64,000 nt of DNA. It comes from Nitrospirota bacterium (GTDB lineage: Bacteria; Nitrospirota; UBA9217). The notes beneath the pieces are model-generated. The model made no database searches and was not told the origin of the DNA. It saw nothing but the letters and a program-made list of their open reading frames with translations. The stretch covers positions 54,199-118,198 of the forward strand of contig CAVVOB010000014.1 of assembly GCA_963749655.1 (NCBI GenBank), in the 5' to 3' direction. A program made the position numbers and the translations under genes. Positions 27,580 to 36,290 of the stretch are shown piece after piece. Each line of letters begins with the position of its first letter. The first letter of the stretch is position 1.

Positions 27580-28245
27580 TCAGTTGTACTTGAGCCCGAC
27601 AAGGTACGTACCGTCTGCCAGCCTGCTTACCCAGCGGACCGCTGCGGCGGGAGAGGCGATGGACAATTTCGTATGCACCCGTATTTGCTGCTCAGTCAGG
27701 AGCGGCATGGCAAGCTTGAGGCACAGTCCGGACCTGCTGCTGTTGACGGCGGTAACATCCATGATCTTGTCGCCCAGAAGGACGAGACAGGGAATTTCCT
27801 GAGAGTAGACATACCGTTCTTCTTTCCGCGGCGCGGCAAGCGGCCGCGACAGGTCCGTTCTTTGTTCGCATTCCGCGATCCATTCCTCGAGATCGTCTCT
27901 GTCCACAGGCTTTTCGAAAAAGGCGCATCCCAGTTCGAGCGCCTTTTGCCTGACCTTTTCCTGCCCTGATATCAACGCTTTATTTTTCATCGGCAGGCTG
28001 CACCCGTGCCCGCTTTGCGCTCTGAGCAGGTCCAGGCCGTTCATGCGGGGCATTGTGTAATCGGTGATCAGGATGTCGGCGCACGGGTCAAGTCCCGTGG
28101 CTGCTTCCGCGTTCTCGGCATGGATCGGACAGATGACGGGTTCGGAATAAGCGAGCACGTCATATCCTTTCGACAGGAACAGGTCTGAATAGAGGCGCAG
28201 CTGAAGCGCTTCGTCCTCGAAAATAATGGCTCTTCGCTTTCTCAT
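27580..28245 (-). CDS. response regulator receiver fused to a PilZ domain
   Basis: REC motifs (IIFEDE, ILITDYTMPRMNG, FFEKP). C-terminal RKEERY...DVTAVNSSRSGLCL fits the PilZ RxxxR/DxSxxG pattern. Confidence 0.75.
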   Translation of the reverse strand: MRKRRAIIFEDEALQLRLYSDLFLSKGYDVLAYSEPVICPIHAENAEAATGLDPCADILITDYTMPRMNGLDLLRAQSGHGCSLPMKNKALISGQEKVRQKALELGCAFFEKPVDRDDLEEWIAECEQRTDLSRPLAAPRKEERYVYSQEIPCLVLLGDKIMDVTAVNSSRSGLCLKLAMPLLTEQQIRVHTKLSIASPAAAVRWVSRLADGTYLVGLKYN

Positions 28246-28553
28246 AGTTGTTCTCCCGTTCTTTGATCGCGACCGCCGCTTGCAGCACTATTTAAACTAT
28301 AGAGCCCGCCTGGATGTCAGTCAAGTGGACACTTTGTTTCTAAAAATTCCAGCGACTATCATGATATTTAAATCCGGCCGCGTCTGCACTTCGCCCCTCT
28401 CGAATACATTCGTTTTGTCGCCTTAATGCGCCTCGGGCACAAAGTATCTCCTTGATTTTACAAACACAATAATGGTAAGATCATCCCAGTCGACGCAATT
28501 GCCTCGGGGGGGGCGAGATGCACAATGACCACGATCGCCGGAAAACCGGCTGC

Positions 28554-29394
28554 ATGCCGGGCCTTATGAACCGCCTCCACGTCCGCGCTCTCGCCATACT
28601 CATCATCCTCTGCTTCAGCATCCCGCAGGCAGCACCAGCAGCAGAACACCTCACCGCAAGCGGCTGTTCCGTCAGCAATGTAGGATACCTTACAGCGCTC
28701 GCCCAGGAATACGAGCGTCGCACCGGCGTGAAGATCTTCGTCCGGGGGGGCGGCAGCGTCGTGGGAATCGAGGACCTGCGCAGCGGCAAGGTCGACTTCG
28801 CCGCAGCCTGCCGGCCCCGGGGCGCAGGCGACCCGCAGGAGATCGAGTTCGTTCAGGTCGCCTGGGACGCCCTCGTGTTCATCGTCCATACATCAAATCC
28901 CGTCACCAACATTACCCTCGATAACGTCCGGTCGATCTACGCCGGCAGGATCACCGACTGGCGGGAGCTCGGCGGCCCCGCCGCGCCGATCAAAGTCTTC
29001 GTTTCCCGGACGAGGCAGGGTCTTTCGGGCGTTGAAGCGTCCACCAAAGCCCTCGTATTGAAGGGTGAAGATCCCGTCGAGTCGCCGAACATGCTCTTTG
29101 CAGCGTCCTCGGGCATTGTCGAGCAGCTGGTAGAGGAGACCCCTGCCGGTTTTGCGACGACGGGGATCACGCAGCGCACGGAAGCGGAAGGTCGCCATGC
29201 TGAAGGTGAACGGCGTCGCCCCCACGAACAAGGCCATTATCCGCGACCGCTATCCGATGAAGCGGCCGCTTTTCCTGCTGGTCCCGAAAAAGGCAAAGCC
29301 GGAAGTGAAGCGCTTCGTCGATTTCGCCCTGAGCGGCGAAGGCCAGAAATATCTCCGTTCCCTCAATGTCATCTCGCTCCGGGACATTCCATGA
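28554..29394 (+). pseudogene. PstS-like periplasmic binding protein, frame broken once
   Basis: The N-terminal part lies in the frame of ORF 28518.. (GGGSVVGIEDLRSGKVDFAAACR). The C-terminal 80 aa lie in ORF 29152..29394 (KVAMLKVNGVAPTNKAIIRDRYPMKRPLFLLV). Shift near 29165-29180. The stop overlaps the kinase ATG as ATGA. Confidence 0.7.
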
Positions 29395-31621
29395 AAGCGT
29401 CTCTCCAGACAAAGGTCTCCGTCTTCGTCACGCTGACCATTCTCTTCATCAGCTCTTTCGGCACCTACCTCTTCACCTCGGCCCACCACCGGAGCAAAGA
29501 GCGTGAATTCACCGTGCGGGGATCGGCGCTCGCGTACGCGCTCTCCAAGGCTGCCGAGGAAGGCCTTATCAAGGAAGACCTCAACCTCATTAAAAAAGCG
29601 TCGTCGGTCATCAAGGCGCCCGACGTCACACGGGCGCAGGTCTATTCGAACATCTGGGATGCCGTGGATGCATTCCCCCTGGTGGAGCTGAAAACGCCGC
29701 CGGCGCCCGAAGCGATCCGGCATTTCCAGAACTCCACCGAGCCCTTCGTCAGGGTGATCGCCCATGGCTATGACTTCTACCAGCCCATCTTTTTCAGGGC
29801 CTTTGACAATTCCGAGCCCACCACCATCGGGTTCGTCCGCATCACCCTGTCGTCGTCCTCTTTCGAGCAGGAGCTGAACAACATCGCCGTCACCAACATC
29901 ACGGCTTCCCTAGCCATGACGCTCTTGGCGATCCTTGCGATCAACCTGCTGATCCGGCGACTCGTGGTCCGGCCCATCATGTCCCTCCATCAATCCGTCG
30001 CGCAGTTCAAGGATGGAAACGCTCCCGGGGAAGAGGCCCTGGTCCCGGAATCGACGCGCGAGCTCCAGGAGCTGGCCGATGCGTTCCGCGCGATGTTCAT
30101 ATCGGTCAGGGAAAACGAATCGAAGCTCATCGAATCGGACCGCAGGATCCGGTCGCTCTTTGAACGGGTGGAGCACGCGATCTTCCGGATCGACGAAAAC
30201 GGCGCGATCCGTGAATCCAACGGCCGGTTCGGGCAGCATGTTCGGCGGCGTGACCGAGCTGTGCGACATCCTGATCGGCGACATGAGCGCCTCCACTTGC
30301 CTCAAGCGGGCCGCGGAAACGAACCTGCATATCGAGGACAAGGCCATTACGCGGAACGGCGAGGAGATCGTCATCTCGTTCTCCCTGTACGCGGAACGCA
30401 ACGACGCGAAGGAAATCGTCGGCTTTGACGGCTATATCATCGACATCACGGACAAGAAGAGGCTGGAAGAGCGGCTGATGCGCTCGCAGAAGCTCGAAGC
30501 GGTCGGCACCCTTGCCGCCGGCATGGCCCATGACTTCAATAATCTGCTGACGGCGATCCTCGGCTATTCCGGCATCATGCTCAAGGTGACGAAGGAGGAC
30601 GACGCCTTCCACCGGCCCATCACCGTGATCCACGAGGCCGCAAAGCGCGGCGCCGCGCTGGGGAAAAAGATCCTCACCATCACCCGCAAAGAGAAGATGG
30701 AAGCAAAGCCCGTGGACATCAACGACATCGTCCGAAACGCCGTGGACCTGCTTCAGTCGAGCATGCCGAGGAACATCGAGATCGTGATGCGGCTCGACGA
30801 CGTCGCTTCCCCGGACGACGGCGGACCCGTCGCAGCTGCACCAGGTCGTCATCAACCTCGCGGTGAACGCGCGCGACGCCATGCCCGACGGCGGGAAGCT
30901 GACCCTGGAAACGTCGCTCGCCAATCCGGCGAACGGCCTGAGCGGCATCGTCCCTCCCGGAGGTCCGGGCTTCATCAAGTTCTCGGTCTCCGACACCGGT
31001 ATGGGCATCGACACCACGATGCAATCCAAGATCTTCGACCCTTTCTTCACGACCAAGGACGTGGGCAAGGGCACCGGACTGGGCCTGTACATCGTCCATT
31101 CCATCGTGAGCAACCACGGCGGCTACATCAACGTCTACAGCGAAAGGAAACAGGGGACGCGCTTCAACATCTACCTGCCGATCACGGCGGGCGCTGCCGC
31201 TGAAGCGCAGCCCGAGACCATGGACATCGCGGGCACGGAAACGATCCTCGTGATCGACGACGAGCCTGATGTCAGGGAACTGTGCAAGGACATGCTGACG
31301 CCGCTGGGCTACACGGTCCTGCTCGCGGAATCAGGCAGCGTGGGCATCAACCTCTACCGCGAGAAGCGCAGCGAGATCGCCCTCGTCATCCTGGACATGA
31401 TCATGCCCAGGATGGGTGGGAACGAAGTCTTCCACGCCCTGCGGACGATCAAGCGTGACGCCTGCGTCCTCCTCTACTCCGGCTACAGCCACAGCAATTT
31501 CGCCGGCATCAGCGACCTGATGCAGAGCGGCGCCTCGGGCTTCGTCCAAAAACCCTTCTCCCTCCAGGACCTCGGCGTGGCCGTGCGAAAAGCCATTGCC
31601 GGCCGCCCGGCGGGAGCGTAA
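29391..31621 (+). pseudogene. hybrid sensor histidine kinase (TM-HAMP-PAS-HisKA-HATPase-REC), frame broken twice
   Basis: The protein continues across the frames of ORFs 28518.., 30013.. and 30863... Shifts lie near 30228-30240 and 30812-30826. H-box AAGMAHDFNNLL, N box NLAVNARDAM, G boxes, and REC ILVIDDEPD...LVILDMIMPRMGG. Confidence 0.8.
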
Positions 31622-31638
31622 GCCCCGGGCAGGATCCC

Positions 31639-32112
31639 ATGGCTCGCAAGGAATTGCAGAGACATTTAACGAAAGACCGGATGGAGCATCAAAATTCTCC
31701 CGACATGAATTTGGCAGGCCCCTGCGGGTTTTATTGCGGTACCTGCAGACATTACCTCGCACGAGCAAAAGGATTGTTAAAGGAAAAGAATCTCAAGCAC
31801 GGCTGTAAAGGCTGCCGAGTACAGGATAAAAACTGCGCATGGATCAAAAGAGACTGCGCATCCGTAAGAAGGAAGCAAATAGAGTTTTGTTTTGAATGCG
31901 GAAATTTCCCCTGTGCCAATCTCAAAAAACTCGACCAACGTCATCGTCACGACGATAACGTAAGCCTTATTGACAATCTGCTGCGGATAAAATTGGTCGG
32001 CGCAAGGCAATGGCTCAAGGAGCAGGAAGACAAATGGAGGTGCTCCCGATGCGGAGGAAGCATATGCATCATAGACAGGGAGTGTTATGATTGCGGAAAT
32101 AAGATCGATTAA
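31639..32112 (+). CDS. Cys-rich DUF3795-like protein
   Basis: CGFYCGTC, CKGC, CFECGNFPC and CSRCGG clusters. The family name is from memory of the Cys pattern. Confidence 0.6.
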   Translation: MARKELQRHLTKDRMEHQNSPDMNLAGPCGFYCGTCRHYLARAKGLLKEKNLKHGCKGCRVQDKNCAWIKRDCASVRRKQIEFCFECGNFPCANLKKLDQRHRHDDNVSLIDNLLRIKLVGARQWLKEQEDKWRCSRCGGSICIIDRECYDCGNKID

Positions 32113-32223
32113 AAAAGGGGGCAGTCAGTTACGCTGAGCGCGTAGAGCGTGAACCCCGGCATGGTTGACGAGGGGCCGTACGGCGGCAAAACGCGACCCG
32201 ACCTGCCGGCTGCCGACCCCTAT

Positions 32224-32324
32224 TCCCCCAAAAATACCAGGTTGCAGTCTGATTTGAATTCCCCGCAATACCCTTAAAATACCCCATCAAGGACGTTGAC
32301 ATTTTCTCAGGCCGCGCCTATATT
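32224..32324 (+). promoter_or_regulatory. sigma70-type promoter P3 with three to four TACCC repeat copies
   Basis: Distal TTCCCCCAAAAATACCA at 32224-32239. Proximal ATACCC at 32268-32273 and 32279-32284, then N11, TTGACA (32296-32301), N17 and TATATT (32319-32324). Confidence 0.6.
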
Positions 32325-32386
32325 CGACCCGATACCGCAGGTGATTCCTAGACCCTTTGGATAATGTGCAGCACTTCGAGAATAGC

Positions 32387-35300
32387 ATGACGAAGCCGAC
32401 TATTGCAAAAATCACCCGCCCGCGTCCTGCCAGATTGTTCCTGCGCAGGCGTCTCTTCCGCCAAATCGACAGGGAGCGGGACCGGCCGATCGTCTGGGTG
32501 GCCGCGCCTGCGGGATCAGGCAAGACCACGCTCGTCACGAGCTGGCTCGACGAGCGTAAAATGCCCTGTCTGTGGTACCAGGTGGACGCAGGCGACGGCG
32601 ATCTTGCCTCGTTTTTCTACTACCTGAACAAAGCCGTAAACAAAGCGGCCCCGCGTCACAGAAAAGCGCTGCCCCTCCTCACGCCGGAATACCTGCAAGC
32701 TCTCCCTCTCTTTACGAAACGCTATTTCGAAGAAGCATTCCACCGCCTCAAGTCCCCTGCCGCGGTCGTATTCGACAACTTCCAGGATGCGCCGCAGGAG
32801 TCCGGCTTTCACGAGATGCTCGCCCATGCGCTTGAATCCGTTCCCCCCGGCGTAACGGTCTTTATCCTGAGCCGTAGCAGTCCTTCCCCGCAGTTTGCGC
32901 GGCTGCAGGCAAACAACAGACTGCAGGTGCTGGGATGGGACGAAATCCGTTTTACTCTCCAAGAAACGAAGGCGTTGGTGAAAATCGGGGGGCGAACGCG
33001 CCTGTCCGGCGAATCCCTCGCCCTTCTTCATAAAAAATTCGAGGGGTGGGCAGCCGGGCTGGTACTGCTTATCGCGGGAAAAAAATTCAAAGCGCTCGGG
33101 CAAGACCTTGAAGAAAGCTTCGAACCGGCGAACGTGTTCGATTATTTCGCGAGCGAGATCTTCGAAAAGACCGATGAAACGGTCCGGTCTTTTCTCCTCA
33201 GAACCTCGTTCCTGTCCAGGATCGGAGCGGAGATTGCCGGACGTCTGACCGGCAACAACCAGGCCGCGCAGGTCCTGGACAGGCTCAGCCGCAATCATTT
33301 TTTCACCAACAAGCACCGTGACGGCGCCGCGGTGTTTTACCAATATCATCCGCTCTTCAGGGAATTCCTGCAGGCCAGGGCCGAGGCGGTTTTTCCCCCG
33401 GAGGAAATCAATGCCGTCCGCATGCACGCCGCTCTAATCATTGCTGATTCCGGGCAAACCGACGAGGCAATCGACCTCCTGCTTCTTTCCGGCCGATGGG
33501 ACGAAGCCACCAGGCTGATCCTGGCAAACGCTCAGGCGGTCACCGCGCAGGGCAGAAACAAAACTCTCGAAGGATGGCTCAGGCGGCTGCCAGCCGAGCG
33601 CGTGATGCAAGACCCATGGTTGGGTTACTGGCTTGCTCTGTGTCGGATGCTCTTCAATCCGATCGAGGCTCGCCTGCTCCTCGAAAAGGCATTTACGCAG
33701 TACAACGAACATGACGACGCCATGGGCTTGTATCTGACCTGGGCCGGGATCGTCGATACGTATTTTCTTGCCTGGAATGGGTTCAGCCCGCTTGCGGAGC
33801 GCTGGATTCCCGAGTTCGAGACGTTGTCCAAAAGACATCCCTCCTTCCCGTCGTTGGAAATGGAGGCGCGTGTGACACTCAGTTTCTTCATGGCGCTGTT
33901 CTACGCGAACCCGCAGTATTCCGATCTGCCGAAGCTGGCGAAGCGCCTCACCCAGATCATGCTCGACAGCGACACCCATTCTTTGCGATTTGCTATCGGG
34001 AGCAACCTCGTCATGTATCACGCCTGGATGGGGCCCAGTGCCGGCGCTGAGTTCATCATTGACCTTCTGCAACCGGCCGTCCGGCGCTCCGACATCGACC
34101 CGCTGGCATTGCATTACTGGTTCGGCATGACGGCGGTATATGCGTCGCTTTCCGGCGACCACGAGGCCTGTCTCGCGAGCATCGCCCGGGGCATCGCGCT
34201 CGGCGAGAAAACGGGCGTGCGTCCGTTCGAGCATACCCTCTGTGCACAGGGCGCCTTCTGCGCCATGACACAGGGGGACATGGCGGAAGCGGACCGTTTT
34301 ATTGCAAAAGTCGCAGCCATTGATTCACCCCGCAGCCTGGACAAGGCCCTTTATCATCACCTCGTCGCCCTGGCGGCATGGCATCGGGGCGATTGGAAGA
34401 GCGCGGCCGAACATGGCGAACGGGCATTGCGTTTATCCGAGAAGGACGCTTTTCCCATAACGATTGCGTTTACGCGCCTCGATCTCGCCGTCACCTGGTT
34501 CGAGATGGGGCGCATATCGGAGGCGGAGCAGGCTCTGGCGCGCGCGCTTACGGAAAGCATCGGCATTATGCGCGTGGAATTCGCCTGCCGGCTGTTCCAG
34601 TCCTGGTTTGCGTTTGAACAGGGCGATGAAGCGCGCGGTATTGCTTCGCTGCGGCAGGCGCTTGCCATCGGCGCCAAGCAGGGCTTTGTCAGCTTCTGGC
34701 GCTGGCACCCGAAGATCATGTCGCGCATCTGCGCACGGGCGTTGGAGGAGGGCATCGAGACGGACTACGTCAGGGATCTGATTCGCAGACGCAGTCTTCT
34801 TCCCGAAGGACTGCTGACGGACGGCGAACAATGGCCCTGGCCCGTGAAGATCAATACGCTCGGCCGCTTTGAGATATTCAAGGACGGGAAGCCCTTCCGC
34901 TTTTCCCGGAAGGCGCCCAAAAAGCCCATCGAGCTGCTCAAGACGCTCATTGCGTTCGGCGGACGAAACGTAAGTGAAACCAGGTTGAACGACACGCTCT
35001 GGCCCGACGCGGCCGGCGACGCGTCGCACCGGGCGTTCAATATCACCCTCATCCGTCTCAGGGAGTTGCTCGGTCTGAAGGAAGCGATCCTTCTCAGGGA
35101 CGGGTGCGTTACGCTCGACGAGCGGTATTTTTGGATCGACGTCCGGGTGTTCGAGAGCCTGCTGAATGAAGCGGTCGAAAAAGCGGAACGCGAGCGGTCC
35201 TCAGCCGTCAGGCGTTCATTCGAGAGCGGACGCCGGAGTGTGAAACCCGAACAGGGTCCCGGCTTTTTGCGCAAAGCCTTCAACATCTACAAAGGACCGT

Positions 35301-35629
35301 TTCTTCCCGATGAGAAGGGGCTGTGGGCGATATCCCTGCGCGAAAGACTGAGGGGCAAGTTTCTCGCCCTGATCGAGAAATCAGGCCGCTCCTGGGAAGA
35401 CCAAAGGAAATTTCCGAAAGCGCTCGAGTGCTACCAAAAGGGGCTCGAATGCGACGACTTGTTCGAGGAATTCTATAAACGGACCATGATCTGCTACCTG
35501 CGACTGGGCCGCAAGGCGGAAGCCGTCTCCACCTACCGCAGATGCAAAAAAACGCTCGGCGCCCACGGTCTCGACCCGTCTCTTGAAGCTGAAACAATCT
35601 ACAACAAGCTGATTTCTGAGAAAAAATAG
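32387..35629 (+). CDS. STAND-type P-loop ATPase with helical/TPR-like middle region and C-terminal SARP-type winged helix plus BTAD
   Basis: ATG 32387. Walker A APAGSGKTTLV (32510-32527 region). Walker B-like AAVVFDNFQD. C-terminus LGRFEIFKDGKPF...LLKTLIAFGGRNVSETRLNDTLWPD (OmpR/SARP wHTH), then YKGPFLPDE...YLRLGRKAEAVSTYRRCKKTLGAHGLDPSLE (BTAD). Confidence 0.8.
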   Translation: MTKPTIAKITRPRPARLFLRRRLFRQIDRERDRPIVWVAAPAGSGKTTLVTSWLDERKMPCLWYQVDAGDGDLASFFYYLNKAVNKAAPRHRKALPLLTPEYLQALPLFTKRYFEEAFHRLKSPAAVVFDNFQDAPQESGFHEMLAHALESVPPGVTVFILSRSSPSPQFARLQANNRLQVLGWDEIRFTLQETKALVKIGGRTRLSGESLALLHKKFEGWAAGLVLLIAGKKFKALGQDLEESFEPANVFDYFASEIFEKTDETVRSFLLRTSFLSRIGAEIAGRLTGNNQAAQVLDRLSRNHFFTNKHRDGAAVFYQYHPLFREFLQARAEAVFPPEEINAVRMHAALIIADSGQTDEAIDLLLLSGRWDEATRLILANAQAVTAQGRNKTLEGWLRRLPAERVMQDPWLGYWLALCRMLFNPIEARLLLEKAFTQYNEHDDAMGLYLTWAGIVDTYFLAWNGFSPLAERWIPEFETLSKRHPSFPSLEMEARVTLSFFMALFYANPQYSDLPKLAKRLTQIMLDSDTHSLRFAIGSNLVMYHAWMGPSAGAEFIIDLLQPAVRRSDIDPLALHYWFGMTAVYASLSGDHEACLASIARGIALGEKTGVRPFEHTLCAQGAFCAMTQGDMAEADRFIAKVAAIDSPRSLDKALYHHLVALAAWHRGDWKSAAEHGERALRLSEKDAFPITIAFTRLDLAVTWFEMGRISEAEQALARALTESIGIMRVEFACRLFQSWFAFEQGDEARGIASLRQALAIGAKQGFVSFWRWHPKIMSRICARALEEGIETDYVRDLIRRRSLLPEGLLTDGEQWPWPVKINTLGRFEIFKDGKPFRFSRKAPKKPIELLKTLIAFGGRNVSETRLNDTLWPDAAGDASHRAFNITLIRLRELLGLKEAILLRDGCVTLDERYFWIDVRVFESLLNEAVEKAERERSSAVRRSFESGRRSVKPEQGPGFLRKAFNIYKGPFLPDEKGLWAISLRERLRGKFLALIEKSGRSWEDQRKFPKALECYQKGLECDDLFEEFYKRTMICYLRLGRKAEAVSTYRRCKKTLGAHGLDPSLEAETIYNKLISEKK

Positions 35630-35739
35630 CCTTATCTCCAAGTCCCCCCGTCAGTTCGATTCTCCCCCAATCCGTATACGATCCGTATATTCCTCCGGGG
35701 TACACTGTGTGAAAGTTCCACTGCCTGCGGAGGAATGCC

Positions 35740-35931
35740 TTGGAAAGCTACATCGTGCGCATTTACCGGAATGCCCCGAAAAACTTGCGCGACATTGTCG
35801 GCGTCGTGGAAATTGTTGGCGCTGAAGAAAAAAAGGGATTTACGAACATAGACGAGTTGTGGGGCATCATCAACCCGCGCAAAAAAGGAAGACGCCGGGT
35901 GAAGACCGGGCGCGGAAAACCGAGGAGGTGA
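35740..35931 (+). CDS. small protein with a strongly basic tail (63 aa)
   Basis: TTG start 5 nt after GGAGGA. ESYIVRIYRNAPKNLRDIVGVVEIVGAEEKKGFTNIDELWGII, followed by KKGRRRVKTGRGKPRR. Confidence 0.5.
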   Translation: MESYIVRIYRNAPKNLRDIVGVVEIVGAEEKKGFTNIDELWGIINPRKKGRRRVKTGRGKPRR

Positions 35932-36079
35932 TGATCAGCCGATTGTTCGAACAGTGCGGCACCTGTACATGACAGGTTCCACTTTACCACTTCAGTCTGT
36001 GGAAAAATAATCGTTTTGAATGTGCGGTAAGCTGCCGGAAATGGGCTATCAGCAGTACGATGAAAAGTGAAGCATTTCT

Positions 36080-36193
36080 GCCACGAATTTCACGAATTGA
36101 CACGAATTAAATGAATCAAAAGCAAAAGAGAATACAAAATTGCAGAAGCCATCTTTCGCAACTCATTCGTGAAAATTCGTGTTAATTCGTGGC
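36080..36193. repeat. palindromic repeat element with triple CACGAAT units
   Basis: GCCACGAATTTCACGAATTGACACGAATTAA faces TTCGTGAAAATTCGTGTTAATTCGTGGC across a ~50-nt spacer. Confidence 0.7.
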
Positions 36194-36290
36194 AGGATAT
36201 GATTGAGGGTTTTTATGAAGATCATCGATTCGCAGCAAGCCGTTTAATCCCGTTCTTTCAACGGGAAACTTTAAAACAGGGAGGAAGAGC

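Noticed and set aside
29152-29394. An 80-aa ORF, considered as a separate small gene.
   Set aside because: Its sequence is the C-terminal lobe of the PstS-like binding protein, whose N-terminal part lies in the neighbouring frame. The two are one gene with a frameshift.
32357-32386. The TTG at 32357 as the start of the regulator gene.
   Set aside because: The ATG at 32387 is preferred. The 5' extension adds ten residues with no RBS and would leave only ~25 nt of leader after the predicted -10.
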